From the NCBI GenBank assembly GCA_945859975.1, contig CAMAPH010000024.1:1-41032 (forward strand): a stretch of 41,032 nt of DNA, written 5' to 3'. The position numbers were made by a program, and so were the translations under genes. The DNA is from Chthonomonas calidirosea (GTDB lineage Bacteria; Armatimonadota; Fimbriimonadia; Fimbriimonadales; Fimbriimonadaceae). The notes beneath the pieces are model-generated. The model was not told where the DNA came from, ran no database searches, and worked only from the letters and a program-made list of their open reading frames with translations. Positions 1-9,148 of this stretch are shown piece after piece; within the stretch, counting starts at the first letter, position 1; each line of letters opens with the position of its first letter.

Positions 1-374
1 GCACCCCCCGCATCGCTAACCGCCTCCTCCGCCGCGTCCGCGACTTCGCCCAGGTCGATGGCCTCGACACCATCGACAACGTCATCGCCGCCAAAGCCTG
101 CCACGCCCTCGAGATCGACGACAACGGCCTAGACCAAATCGACCGCCAACTTCTGCGCATGATGATCGAACGCTACCAAGGCGGCCCCGTCGGCCTAGAC
201 ACCCTCGCCGCCAGCACCGGCGAAGACGCCACGACCATCGAAGACGTCTACGAGCCCTACCTCCTCCAAATGGGCTACATCCAACGCACCCCCCGAGGTC
301 GAACCGTCACCGATGCGGCGTATAAGCTCCTCGGCCTGGCGAAGCCAAGCGATCCGCCGTTGTTGGAGCCGTGA
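1..374 (+). CDS. ruvB: Holliday junction branch migration helicase RuvB, 3' part (truncated by window start)
   Basis: The frame starting at base 3 reads [18 protein letters not shown], then [11 protein letters not shown] and [21 protein letters not shown], all characteristic of the RuvB C-terminus. Confidence 0.97.
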   Translation, partial: TPRIANRLLRRVRDFAQVDGLDTIDNVIAAKACHALEIDDNGLDQIDRQLLRMMIERYQGGPVGLDTLAASTGEDATTIEDVYEPYLLQMGYIQRTPRGRTVTDAAYKLLGLAKPSDPPLLEP

Positions 375-414
375 TAACCTCGCTTCGCAAATCCAAGTGA
401 AGATTCGCTTAGCT

Positions 415-1569
415 TCAGCTCACCAAAACCGAAACGCCGCGCCGCCTTAGTTCTTCCACAACCGCTGTCCCCGTCATCGCCGTCTCGTATCGATTAACAC
501 CGGTCGGAACGACGCCAGCGGCGACGGCTTGGGCGACGATGCTGAGGCTGAAGCCAGTTAGGCGTTCCATGCTCGTAAAGCCGGTTTCGGGATCTTCTTT
601 GTCGAAGATATCCACGACTGTCCGGGCTTTTTCTCCATCGTGAGTTCCTTCGCCGATCGCGCGGATGACGCACTGGTCGGTGTCTTGGATCTGCCCAAGC
701 GCCTCGCCGAAAACGCGGCAGAACACGTCCTTTGGCCGAACCTTCATGCCGCGGATTTCGATCTCATCTTCGCGCCAAAGGCCAAAGTCCTTAAAGATAC
801 GCATCCGCTCGCAATGGCCGGGGAAGCGGAAGGTTTTGTATTCGTAGTTCTGGAGCCGACCTTGGAAGGTGTACGGCGCGGTGCTGGTTCCGCCGGAGGT
901 CGTGAACGCTTCCAACGTCCCGAGCGGTGCGACTTCCAACGTCTCAAGTTCAGAAAGCGTGTCCACTTCCGTGATTTCGCCATCCCGCAATACAAGTGCC
1001 TGGTAATCGTATTCGGTCACAAGACCCTCAACGTTGAAGGTGAGTTTGTAGTTGAAGGGAGGGACCGGATGTTGCGGTAAGACGCCGCAGTAAAGACGGA
1101 TCGATTCTGGATGAGACATCGATTCCATCAGGAAAAGCCCAAGGCTGTTCACAAGACCGGGTGCAAGGCCGCAATCGGGCACCAGGGCAACTCCGGCTTC
1201 CTTTGCTAAAGCGTCCAGTCCTAGGGTTTCTTGCGTAACCTCGGTGTTGCCGCCAAGGTCGCACATGTTGGTGTTCGAAGAGATCGCCGCTCGGGCAATC
1301 GCCGGGTGCATGTAGTAGGGAACGCAGCTCAAGAGCGTGCCAGCGTCTTCCAAGAACCGAGCGAGTTCCAACGGCGATTTTGCATTAACCTGAAACGGAT
1401 GGCAACGCTCCGTACCGAGGAGGCCGTTTACGCGATCGGCCGCTTTCTTGGCTTGATCGTATGATAAGTCGCCGAGCTTGATGGTTGCGTCGGGGGCAAA
1501 CTTCGAGAGGTCGTAGGCCGCGCAGGTGCCCTGCATGCCAGATCCAAGAATGGCGTAAGTTTGGTTCAT
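415..1569 (-). CDS. Saccharopine dehydrogenase / lysine 6-dehydrogenase-like NAD(P)-dependent oxidoreductase
   Basis: N-terminal Rossmann motif AILGSGMQG; family motifs DLGGN, PDCGLAPG and YEYKTFRFPGH. ATG at 1569 is preceded by SD-like AAGGA. Confidence 0.88.
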   Translation of the reverse strand: MNQTYAILGSGMQGTCAAYDLSKFAPDATIKLGDLSYDQAKKAADRVNGLLGTERCHPFQVNAKSPLELARFLEDAGTLLSCVPYYMHPAIARAAISSNTNMCDLGGNTEVTQETLGLDALAKEAGVALVPDCGLAPGLVNSLGLFLMESMSHPESIRLYCGVLPQHPVPPFNYKLTFNVEGLVTEYDYQALVLRDGEITEVDTLSELETLEVAPLGTLEAFTTSGGTSTAPYTFQGRLQNYEYKTFRFPGHCERMRIFKDFGLWREDEIEIRGMKVRPKDVFCRVFGEALGQIQDTDQCVIRAIGEGTHDGEKARTVVDIFDKEDPETGFTSMERLTGFSLSIVAQAVAAGVVPTGVNRYETAMTGTAVVEELRRRGVSVLVS

Positions 1570-1661
1570 TGTTTCCTTCAACGACGTTGTTGTCGGGACG
1601 TAACTGTTCAGAAAGGGTACCTCTGGCACCGGTTCCACGGAATATGCCGTAGAACCTACAC

Positions 1662-2093
1662 ATGGCCACCCTCGTGTTCAGCTCCGAACTTGATTGCACC
1701 GTGGCCGAGCTGCATGCGTTTCACAGCTCAACCGAAGCTCTCTACGCCCTAACCCCCCGGTTTTTGAACCTGCAGGTGGAAGGGGACGACCTGAGCGTAT
1801 ACGCGGGAGCGCGCTTCGTCACCTGGTCTGGAATCGGTCCGATTCGACAAAAGTGGGTTGCGGTGATCGAAGAAGCAGGGCCGAACGGGTTCACGGATTT
1901 CTCCGAAGAAGGACCCTTCAAAGAATTCCGCCATCATCACCGGTTCCTTCCGCTGGATGACCGTTCCATCTTGGAAGACGAGATTCACTATAAAACCGGC
2001 TACGGAACCTTTGCAGATTTCGTAGCCGGATTCGGAATTCGGGCCCTGTTTGCCTTTCGGCATTACAAAACCAAGAAAGCCTTGCGCCGTTAG
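1662..2093 (+). CDS. SRPBCC/START-fold protein
   Basis: FHSSTEALYALTP and FTDFSEEGPFKEFRHHHRF...LEDEIHY follow the SRPBCC pattern. Confidence 0.85.
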   Translation: MATLVFSSELDCTVAELHAFHSSTEALYALTPRFLNLQVEGDDLSVYAGARFVTWSGIGPIRQKWVAVIEEAGPNGFTDFSEEGPFKEFRHHHRFLPLDDRSILEDEIHYKTGYGTFADFVAGFGIRALFAFRHYKTKKALRR

Positions 2094-2500
2094 CGCTTCA
2101 GCTTCGACTTGGAGAAGTACATGTACTTCTTGCCGTCCTTCCACTTCGTTTGCCGGGTGTACCGGTAGCCGTCTCGGTTGAAGTACGGCCGACTAAAGTA
2201 GGCCGCTTTCGTTCGCTGTAGCTTGCTCTGGCTCTTTCGGTCCTGTTCATACCGGTTTGCAGAGTAGAGTGCTCCAGCCGCTCCCGCGAAGAAGAGCGTG
2301 TTGTCCTTTTTGAGCAGCCCGAGTACACCAAGCGCTCCCGAAGCGATGCCGATGTTTCGCCATTCGTTCTTCTTGTCCTGCCGCCGGTCAACCAGCTTGC
2401 TCAGGTCGCTCAAGGATTGGGCCGATGCGGTAACCGGTGCAACCACCATCGTTACGGCGAGAATCGCGGCGAGTCCGCTGAATCGTAGATCAAACTTCAT
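2090..2500 (-). CDS. Small basic secreted hypothetical protein with glycine-zipper-like helices
   Basis: GGAGG lies 7 nt before ATG 2500. Signal peptide MKFDLRFSGLAAILAVTMVVAPVTASA; Gly/Ala-rich segments GIASGALGVLG and AGAAGALY; K/R/Y-rich C-terminus. Confidence 0.75.
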   Translation of the reverse strand: MKFDLRFSGLAAILAVTMVVAPVTASAQSLSDLSKLVDRRQDKKNEWRNIGIASGALGVLGLLKKDNTLFFAGAAGALYSANRYEQDRKSQSKLQRTKAAYFSRPYFNRDGYRYTRQTKWKDGKKYMYFSKSKLKR

Positions 2501-2621
2501 TTCATAACCTCCAGTATTTTTGCCAGCAAGATTGCGGCTTATTGCTTCAGACGACGCAAAAGTCTTATCGTTTCTTTTCGTCCCGGCGGTCGTGGGTCTG
2601 GGGGCCGTAGAATCTCTGTAT

Positions 2622-3824
2622 ATGCCGTTCGCGACGATTGATGAAGCGCTGGCCGATTTGCGGCTCGGAAAAATGATTGTTGTGGTCGACGATCCCGACC
2701 GCGAGAACGAAGGCGATCTAGTCTGCGCGGCGGAGACCTGCACGACCGAGGACATGAATTTCATGATCCGGTACGGCCGAGGCGTTCCCTTCATCCCGAC
2801 CACGGCGCAGCGGCTTCAGGAACTGTCGATCCCGATGATGACCAAGCAGAACACCGCTCGGCATGGAACGGCGATGGCGGAGACAGTAGATGCCCTCCAC
2901 GGCACTACAACCGGAGTTTCGGCAGGCGACCGAGCGGCGACCGTGAGAGTGTTTGTGGATCCGAAAGCCACCGCTTCTGACCTCGCGCGCCCCGGGCACA
3001 TCATTCCGCTTCGAGCCGAAGAAGGTGGGGTTCTGGTTCGCGCTGGTCACACCGAGGCAATTGTTGACCTCTGCACCCTCGCCGGGCTCCAGCCGGTTGG
3101 TGTTGGCTGCGAGATCCTAAACGAAGACGGCACGATGATGCGGCTCGACGACCTCGAGACCTTCTCCGAGCATCACAACCTCAAGCTCATCACGATTGCT
3201 GATCTCATCGCCTACCGTCGCCGAACCGAAAAGTTGGTGAAGCTGGCTGCCGGCCCCATAGATTTCCCAACCAAGTTCGGTCATTTCCGCCTGTTTGTGT
3301 TTGAGGCAGAAGTCGAGGCCGCACCGTACGTTGCGATCGTCAAAGGAAATCCGTCCGCCGAGCAGCCGATCCTGGTGCGCACGCACTCCAGTTGCCTCAC
3401 CGGAGACTTGTTGGGATCTTTCCGCTGCGACTGCGGAGACCAGCTTGAAATGGCCCTACGCATGATCGAAGCTGAGGGCTTGGGCATCGTTCTATATATC
3501 GCCCAAGAAGGTCGGGGAATCGGTCTCGTGAACAAGTTGAAGGCATACGAACTTCAGGATCAAGGTCTTGATACGGTGGAGGCAAATATCGCCCTAGGCT
3601 TCAAGGCTGATCTTCGAGACTACGGTCTGGGCGCGCAAGTTCTGGCCGAACTTGGAGCCCAGAAGATTCGGCTCATGACGAACAATCCGAAGAAGGTTGC
3701 CGGACTACAGGGTTACGGACTTGAGATCGTTGAGCACGTGCCCATCATCGCACCGACAAATCCAGCTCGCGAAAAGTACATGGAAACCAAGCGGGCAAAG
3801 ATGGCGCATATGTTGCCGGAATGA
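2622..3824 (+). CDS. ribBA: Bifunctional 3,4-dihydroxy-2-butanone-4-phosphate synthase / GTP cyclohydrolase II
   Basis: RibB motifs DDPDRENEGD and RAGHTEA; RibA motifs RTHSSCLTGD, RCDCGDQL, QEGRGIGL and MTNNPKK. Confidence 0.97.
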   Translation: MPFATIDEALADLRLGKMIVVVDDPDRENEGDLVCAAETCTTEDMNFMIRYGRGVPFIPTTAQRLQELSIPMMTKQNTARHGTAMAETVDALHGTTTGVSAGDRAATVRVFVDPKATASDLARPGHIIPLRAEEGGVLVRAGHTEAIVDLCTLAGLQPVGVGCEILNEDGTMMRLDDLETFSEHHNLKLITIADLIAYRRRTEKLVKLAAGPIDFPTKFGHFRLFVFEAEVEAAPYVAIVKGNPSAEQPILVRTHSSCLTGDLLGSFRCDCGDQLEMALRMIEAEGLGIVLYIAQEGRGIGLVNKLKAYELQDQGLDTVEANIALGFKADLRDYGLGAQVLAELGAQKIRLMTNNPKKVAGLQGYGLEIVEHVPIIAPTNPAREKYMETKRAKMAHMLPE

Positions 3825-4207
3825 AATCATCTAAGCGGAAACTTGAGCCGATCGATTGGGCCTTCTTCATCGGAGGCCCGGCCCTGTTTCTCGCGATCGC
3901 GTGGTTTGGCTTGCAAGCCATCATCGGACCCGGGCCCGCCCCAAGTGCCATTCAGAAACTGAAGGCCGGAGTCATCACTCCGGGCAAGTCGGAAGCCGAC
4001 GTCCTGAAAAGTATCGGAAACCCGAAAGCAACCGTCGAAAAGCCCGACGGAACGTATTACTTCCGATATGAACGCTCCGCTTGGAGTGGAGAAACAAAAA
4101 CGTTTGCCGAAGAGGATGCCTACGTTGATTTCGATTCGACTGGCCAGGTTACCGGCGTGAGTTTCGAGTCTAGAACGCCTCCGCCAACGCCAAACGTGTC
4201 ACCATAA
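3821..4207 (+). CDS. Membrane-anchored protein with SmpA/OmlA (BamE)-like domain
   Basis: One N-terminal TM segment, then GKSEADVLKSIGNP and YVDFDSTGQV. The start overlaps the ribBA stop (ATGA). Confidence 0.6.
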   Translation: MKSSKRKLEPIDWAFFIGGPALFLAIAWFGLQAIIGPGPAPSAIQKLKAGVITPGKSEADVLKSIGNPKATVEKPDGTYYFRYERSAWSGETKTFAEEDAYVDFDSTGQVTGVSFESRTPPPTPNVSP

Positions 4208-4211
4208 TTCG

Positions 4212-5015
4212 ATGTTATCTTCCCGCCCTAGACCCCCAATCCGGCTGAAAACGCCTGGAGAAATGGATGCAATGGCCGCGGCGGGGAAGGTGGCCGCACT
4301 AGCGCTCAAGTCGTTGAGTGATGCCGCAAAGCCAGGAGTGTCTCTCCTGGAACTTGAAGGGTTGGCGCTGGAAGTACTCGCAACGCACGGTGCGAAGCCA
4401 AGTTTGCTGAACTACCATCCGGGCTTTTCTCTTACTGCCTATCAGTTCGGTACGTGCCTCAGCGTCAATGACGAAGTGATTCACGGCACGCCTCGAAAGA
4501 AGCTCTTGCGCGAGGGCGATGTCCTCGGGATCGATCTTGTCGCGAACATCGATGGTTGGCACGCGGATACGGCCATTACCGTCGGCGTGGGTGAAGTCTC
4601 GAATCGAGCCCTCAAGCTAATGCGGATCACCGAAGAATCGATGTGGCACGGAATTGAGCAGAGCCGCTCTGGAAACACGATGGGTGATATTGGCCATGCC
4701 ATTCAACGCCACGTCGAGAAGAACGGATTCTCCATCCTGAAAAACATGGTCGGTCATGGCGTCGGCACGGCAGTGCACGAGCCTGGACTTGACGTGCTCA
4801 ATACGGGCCGACCCAAGTCCGGAATCCGACTCGAAGTTGGGATGACTTTCTGCGTGGAGCCGATGGTCACCGCCGGTCGAGGGGATATGAAGCACCGAAA
4901 GGATGACCCCTGGGCGGTGGTGACAAAGGACGGGAGCTTAGGAGCGCACTTTGAGCACACCGTCGGGGTTACGGAAGACGGTCCGCGAGTGCTGACTCTA
5001 CTCCCAGCAAGCTGA
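4212..5015 (+). CDS. map: Type I methionine aminopeptidase
   Basis: SVNDEVIHG, DGWHADTA, GHGVG, FCVEPM and AHFEHTV motifs. Confidence 0.96.
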   Translation: MLSSRPRPPIRLKTPGEMDAMAAAGKVAALALKSLSDAAKPGVSLLELEGLALEVLATHGAKPSLLNYHPGFSLTAYQFGTCLSVNDEVIHGTPRKKLLREGDVLGIDLVANIDGWHADTAITVGVGEVSNRALKLMRITEESMWHGIEQSRSGNTMGDIGHAIQRHVEKNGFSILKNMVGHGVGTAVHEPGLDVLNTGRPKSGIRLEVGMTFCVEPMVTAGRGDMKHRKDDPWAVVTKDGSLGAHFEHTVGVTEDGPRVLTLLPAS

Positions 5016-5018
5016 CGC

Positions 5019-5062
5019 AAAAAAAGCGGCCCTTCGAGAAACTCGAAGGGCCGCTTAACTTT
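5019..5062. terminator. Intrinsic terminator between convergent map and PEP-CTERM genes
   Basis: Perfect 15-bp stem AAGCGGCCCTTCGAG / CTCGAAGGGCCGCTT. The A7 run on the left is a U-tail for the minus strand. Confidence 0.9.
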
Positions 5063-5067
5063 GATTC

Positions 5068-5700
5068 TTACTTCTTGCGCTTTCGCATTAGAGCTGGGGC
5101 AACCAGCGCGAATGCGAGGAGGGAAGCTGGCTCTGGTACTGGGTTGTACTTGCCTGGTCCGATGAGGCCCTGGTTCTTGTTGCCGTTGTATGGGTTTGGC
5201 TTGAAGAACGTAGCGTCGCCGGTGATGCCAGCGAGAGCATCGCTCAGGTAGCCGTTGAAAGCGGTGAGCTTAGCGCCGGAAAGCGAAGACTTGAACATTC
5301 CGGTCGAGAGACCGTCGCCGTTGTCGTAGATCACGTCCCAGATGGCAATCTGGAGGGCAGCAGCAGCGTCTCCGGTTACCGATCCGCTGTACTTGTTGTA
5401 CAGCTTGGAAACTCGGGCACCGTTCGAGAGGTTGCCTGCGGCGCTGACAGCATCAACGTTGTAGCTGGTTGGCGTGTAGTTGAAGTGAAGGAGGTCAACG
5501 CAGTATGCGTCGAATGTTTCGCCTGCAAACGTGGACTGTTGTGGTCCCGCGTAAACCGTCGAATTGTTCCCGTTGAAGTTGATGGTGACCGTGCTGAACT
5601 TGCCAGGGGTCATGCCGCTGATTGAGATCAGGTCAGCGTTGGCTGCGCCGGCCAATCCAAGCGTAGCGATAAAAAGTGATCCTAGATGTCGAAATTGCAT
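5068..5700 (-). CDS. PEP-CTERM sorted surface protein with putative Cys-Gln thioester domain
   Basis: SD GAGGAG; signal peptide ending AANA; C-terminal VPEPASLLAFALVAPALMRKRKK; internal YCVD and LQIAIW motifs. Confidence 0.9.
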   Translation of the reverse strand: MQFRHLGSLFIATLGLAGAANADLISISGMTPGKFSTVTINFNGNNSTVYAGPQQSTFAGETFDAYCVDLLHFNYTPTSYNVDAVSAAGNLSNGARVSKLYNKYSGSVTGDAAAALQIAIWDVIYDNGDGLSTGMFKSSLSGAKLTAFNGYLSDALAGITGDATFFKPNPYNGNKNQGLIGPGKYNPVPEPASLLAFALVAPALMRKRKK

Positions 5701-5800
5701 GAAAATTCTCCTCTTCGGGAATACAAACCTAATATTCCTGCATTCAGACAAGGTCAGAGTGACACGATTTTTAGCGTCACGCGTTTGCGGGACAGTAAAT

Positions 5801-6784
5801 CTAGCGCCAATCGAACGCAAACGTGATCTCACCCGGACGCGTTTTGAGTCGATCATATGCACTCTGGGCATCGGATGGGGAGAGGACATCTGACACGATC
5901 GACCGCAAATTGATCCGACCCCGGCGGTGAAGATCCATAACGGCCTCCATGTCCTGCCGGACGACGTTTCGCGGAAACCGAACGGATAGCTCCTTCTCAA
6001 ACGTTGCCTGATACGGGAAGCTCACCAGGCCAGGATAGCTACCTTGAACGATGATGCGAGCTGGGTTGGTTTCGGCGCGGTCCCAAGGATGCCCCTTGGC
6101 TAGCGCGATGGTGAGCGCGGTTGCGCGCTCGCTGCCGGTTGCGTCTACCACTACATCGAACGAGTTGATAAGGTCTTTTGCGGCCATCTCGGGGTCAACG
6201 GTTTCGATGCCTTCGGCTGCGGCGTGGGCTCTTCGTTGCTCCACCGGGTCGATTGCCACCACGGTCGCACCGGTGGCATGAAAAAGTCGGGCCGAACATT
6301 GACCAATGGCGCCGAGGCCGAGAACGGCAACCCTCTCATTCGGCAGAACCTGGGCGTACCGAACGCCACGGTAGGCAATTCCTGCCAATCGAGCCGCACT
6401 GGCCGCCACGAGGTCGTCGCCATCCTGAAGCGGAATGCAGCTATCCGCAGATAGGACCGCATATTCGGTATGCCCGCCCCAAGCCCTTGGTACCGAAGCG
6501 CGCAGGGTTCCGCCACCGATGACCTTGGCGTCCGGAGCACAACCCTTGGCAATGGCACTTTCTGACGCCTCTACGATGGTGCTAACCGCCGCGTAGCCGG
6601 GAATGTAGCCCCAGCCATCAAGCCCAGGCTGCAGGCCCGCGAAGCACCGAAGCTCGGTCCCGGGGCTAATGCAGGTGAAATCGGTCCGAACAAGCACTTC
6701 GCCTAGTTCAGGATGAGGAATCTGAACTTCGGCAAGCTCAACGACATCGACGGCGGTGAACAGTAAGGCACGGGACTTTTGCAC
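5801..6784 (-). CDS. MDR-family (zinc-binding alcohol dehydrogenase-like) oxidoreductase
   Basis: ISPGTE, PGY, VAVLGLGAIG (NAD-binding) and DVVVDATG motifs; GTG start. Confidence 0.88.
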   Translation of the reverse strand: MQKSRALLFTAVDVVELAEVQIPHPELGEVLVRTDFTCISPGTELRCFAGLQPGLDGWGYIPGYAAVSTIVEASESAIAKGCAPDAKVIGGGTLRASVPRAWGGHTEYAVLSADSCIPLQDGDDLVAASAARLAGIAYRGVRYAQVLPNERVAVLGLGAIGQCSARLFHATGATVVAIDPVEQRRAHAAAEGIETVDPEMAAKDLINSFDVVVDATGSERATALTIALAKGHPWDRAETNPARIIVQGSYPGLVSFPYQATFEKELSVRFPRNVVRQDMEAVMDLHRRGRINLRSIVSDVLSPSDAQSAYDRLKTRPGEITFAFDWR

Positions 6785-6856
6785 GTTTTCGATTATCCAT
6801 CACGATATAGACTCCAGAGCGGTGAAGATTGCGGACAAAGCGATCGAGCAGGATGA

Positions 6857-7546
6857 ATGAATAGTTTCGACAAACTAATCGGACCCATTATCGTTCTGCT
6901 TTTAGCAGGACTCGGAATCTACGCTTATCATTCCTACCGTCGTCGCTTGACTCAGCTCTGGGATGAGTTGGCAAAGCGGTTCCGGGCAGAACCGGTCACC
7001 AACCCGTTTGATGGGATGTTGCTGCGGACGGGCAGCACTGCAATCCGCGTCAGCATGAAGTCGACCAGCGAGATTGGCGGCCTGGACAAGACTTCTTACA
7101 CAACGGGCTTGGAAACAAGCCGACCGTTTCTGGTGATCTTCTTTCCTCGAAAGTCAGAGACCGAAAATCTTGCCAAGGTTCTAACCAAGAGCGTGTTTGG
7201 AAAGTTCACGGCCCAGCAGCACGGCCTGAAGGTGGATGTTGCCGGCGATCAGTCGATCGATAGTGCGTTCGTCATCATCTCGGATGGATCTGTCCCGGCT
7301 AGCAGTCTCAGGTCCATTTTTCCGTACCTGCGTGACCGAGCGCTGGTCTACGCGGTTGGCAGCATCAAGAAGTCGCCGGAGCCTGGTCTGCAAATTCTTC
7401 CGGTTCTGGTTGGCAGTCCGGTACAAGACTTTGATCCGAACGTAGCCCAGGATCGGATCAAGACCTTGGCCAGTTTTGCCGAGGCCCTTTCGCACCACAA
7501 GTTTGGCCGCATCGTTGAGCCGCCGCTTCCAGTCAGTTCAGAGTGA
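6857..7546 (+). CDS. Hypothetical protein with N-terminal membrane anchor
   Basis: 229-aa ORF; hydrophobic LIGPIIVLLLAGLGIYAY followed by RRR; stop overlaps the next start (GTGA). Confidence 0.7.
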   Translation: MNSFDKLIGPIIVLLLAGLGIYAYHSYRRRLTQLWDELAKRFRAEPVTNPFDGMLLRTGSTAIRVSMKSTSEIGGLDKTSYTTGLETSRPFLVIFFPRKSETENLAKVLTKSVFGKFTAQQHGLKVDVAGDQSIDSAFVIISDGSVPASSLRSIFPYLRDRALVYAVGSIKKSPEPGLQILPVLVGSPVQDFDPNVAQDRIKTLASFAEALSHHKFGRIVEPPLPVSSE

Positions 7547-7989
7547 CTCCCGCAGAACGAATCGAAGCATTACGGTCCGGAGCAGACCAGAAGCTCATCA
7601 TGCGCCTTAAAAGTGGCTTTCTGACCCTCAGTGAATATCAGTTTCTCCCCGGCTACTGTTTGCTCCTGGCGGACCCGATTGTGGGCCAACTCAACGAGCT
7701 CGATTGGGAGAGTCGGCAAATCTTCCTTCAGGACCTTGCGCTGGTGAGCGAAGCTGTCCAAGCAGTTACGAATGCGAAGCGAACGAACCTTGCGATCTAC
7801 GGAAACGTCGACCCATTTCTCCATGCCCATGTCTGGCCAAGATTCGAAGATGAACCACCGAGCCGGGCCACGTTGCCCCCACTCATGTTTCCGGAAGGAT
7901 TTCGACTGGAAGAAGAACATAAGTTCTCCATGGATAAGCATGGAGAACTCATGCAGCAACTGCGTGACTTTTTGACGGAGCGAGCCTAG
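7543..7989 (+). CDS. HIT-family nucleotide hydrolase
   Basis: QFLPGYCLLL and NLAIYGNVDPFLHAHVWPRF (histidine-triad variant). Confidence 0.85.
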   Translation: MTPAERIEALRSGADQKLIMRLKSGFLTLSEYQFLPGYCLLLADPIVGQLNELDWESRQIFLQDLALVSEAVQAVTNAKRTNLAIYGNVDPFLHAHVWPRFEDEPPSRATLPPLMFPEGFRLEEEHKFSMDKHGELMQQLRDFLTERA

Positions 7990-9128
7990 TTTCCGAACGA
8001 GGAGGAAAGGTCCGCGACTTCCGCATTTCCAGCCGGCTTTGACCGCGCGGAGTTCTTCACGAGCTCCGCAAGTTTCGCTTCGTAGCGAGCGCTGTCCATT
8101 GGCAATTCGATCGTTTCGCCATCAAGGCTAGACAAGATCATCGCGTTCGCAAGTTCGACTGAGTGAATGCCTTCCACCGCCGGGGCCAAAAGTTCTGCAC
8201 CGTCCAGGATCGCCGCGGTGAAGTTCTTGATGATTTCCAAATGCTGGTTCGAAGGATTGCTCGTCGGAATTTCACACCGCCAAGTCGGCATGCCCGGGAA
8301 GCTTGAAGGGGTGGTCTTTGAAAACTCAGAGACCGATTCGGAAGTTCGATCGAACACGATTTTTCCGTCTTGGTAAGTAACGCGCCCACGATCGGCTGCA
8401 ATTTCTAGGCGGTTAGAACCCGGGAACTCACCGGTGGTCGTGATGAACGTTCCGGTTGCTCCATTTGCAAATTCCACGTACGCCGTGACATCGTCTTCAA
8501 CCTCGATGTCGTGATACTTTCCGAAGCCGCAGAACGCGCGGAGCCGTACCGGCATTCCAAACATCCACTGGAAGAGGTCGAGGTTGTGTGGCGCTTGGTT
8601 GAGCAGAACTCCGCCACCCTCTCCGCCCCACGTGGCGCGCCAGCCGCCCGAAGCATAGTAGGCCTCGCTGCGGAACCAGTTCGTGATGATCCAACTGACT
8701 CGCTTGATTTCACCCAGTTCACCGCTCTGCACAAGGCGGCGGATTGCTTGGTAAGCGCCATCTGTGCGCTGATTGAACATTGCTCCGAAGACCTGTCCCT
8801 TATGGGCAGCAATCAGCTTTTCGCAATCTGCTTTGTGAACGGAAATCGGCTTTTCAACGAGCACGTGCAGCCCGGCTTCCAGCGCTTCGATGCCGACGCT
8901 CGTGTGTGCGTAGTGCGGGGTTGCGATAAGTACAGCGTTAACGAGTCCGCTCTGGATGAGATCAGAAGGATTTTCGAACTGGGCGACCTTCTCGTACCGA
9001 TCCATTCGGGTTGCATCGGCGTCGCTTACCGCCGTGAGAACGAGACGATCCACCTTCGGCAAACTATCACGAATGTGGGCCGCGCCCATGTTGCCGAGTC
9101 CGATTACGCCGAGTCTTACGCGATCCAT
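7986..9128 (-). CDS. Gfo/Idh/MocA family oxidoreductase
   Basis: GVIGLGNMG, IATPH, HVLVEKP and GGGVLLNQAPHNLD motifs. Confidence 0.93.
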   Translation of the reverse strand: MDRVRLGVIGLGNMGAAHIRDSLPKVDRLVLTAVSDADATRMDRYEKVAQFENPSDLIQSGLVNAVLIATPHYAHTSVGIEALEAGLHVLVEKPISVHKADCEKLIAAHKGQVFGAMFNQRTDGAYQAIRRLVQSGELGEIKRVSWIITNWFRSEAYYASGGWRATWGGEGGGVLLNQAPHNLDLFQWMFGMPVRLRAFCGFGKYHDIEVEDDVTAYVEFANGATGTFITTTGEFPGSNRLEIAADRGRVTYQDGKIVFDRTSESVSEFSKTTPSSFPGMPTWRCEIPTSNPSNQHLEIIKNFTAAILDGAELLAPAVEGIHSVELANAMILSSLDGETIELPMDSARYEAKLAELVKNSARSKPAGNAEVADLSSSFGN

Positions 9129-9148
9129 GCGGAGACTATAGCCGAAAC

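Noticed and set aside
2493..2512. Micro-ORF ATG AAA TGA overlapping the start of the 2500 gene
   Set aside because: The upstream ATG is only 2 nt from GGAGG, while the main ATG has optimal 7-nt spacing. It is not leaderless and is probably coincidental.
2501..2621. FMN riboswitch upstream of ribBA
   Set aside because: No RFN consensus is visible. The region is short, shared with a divergent gene, and a -10 box sits 8 nt from the ATG.
5701..5800. Sigma-54 promoter often found before PEP-CTERM genes
   Set aside because: There is no TGGCAC-N5-TTGC match, only short inverted repeats (GTGAC/GTCAC, GGAATA/TATTCC) of doubtful significance.
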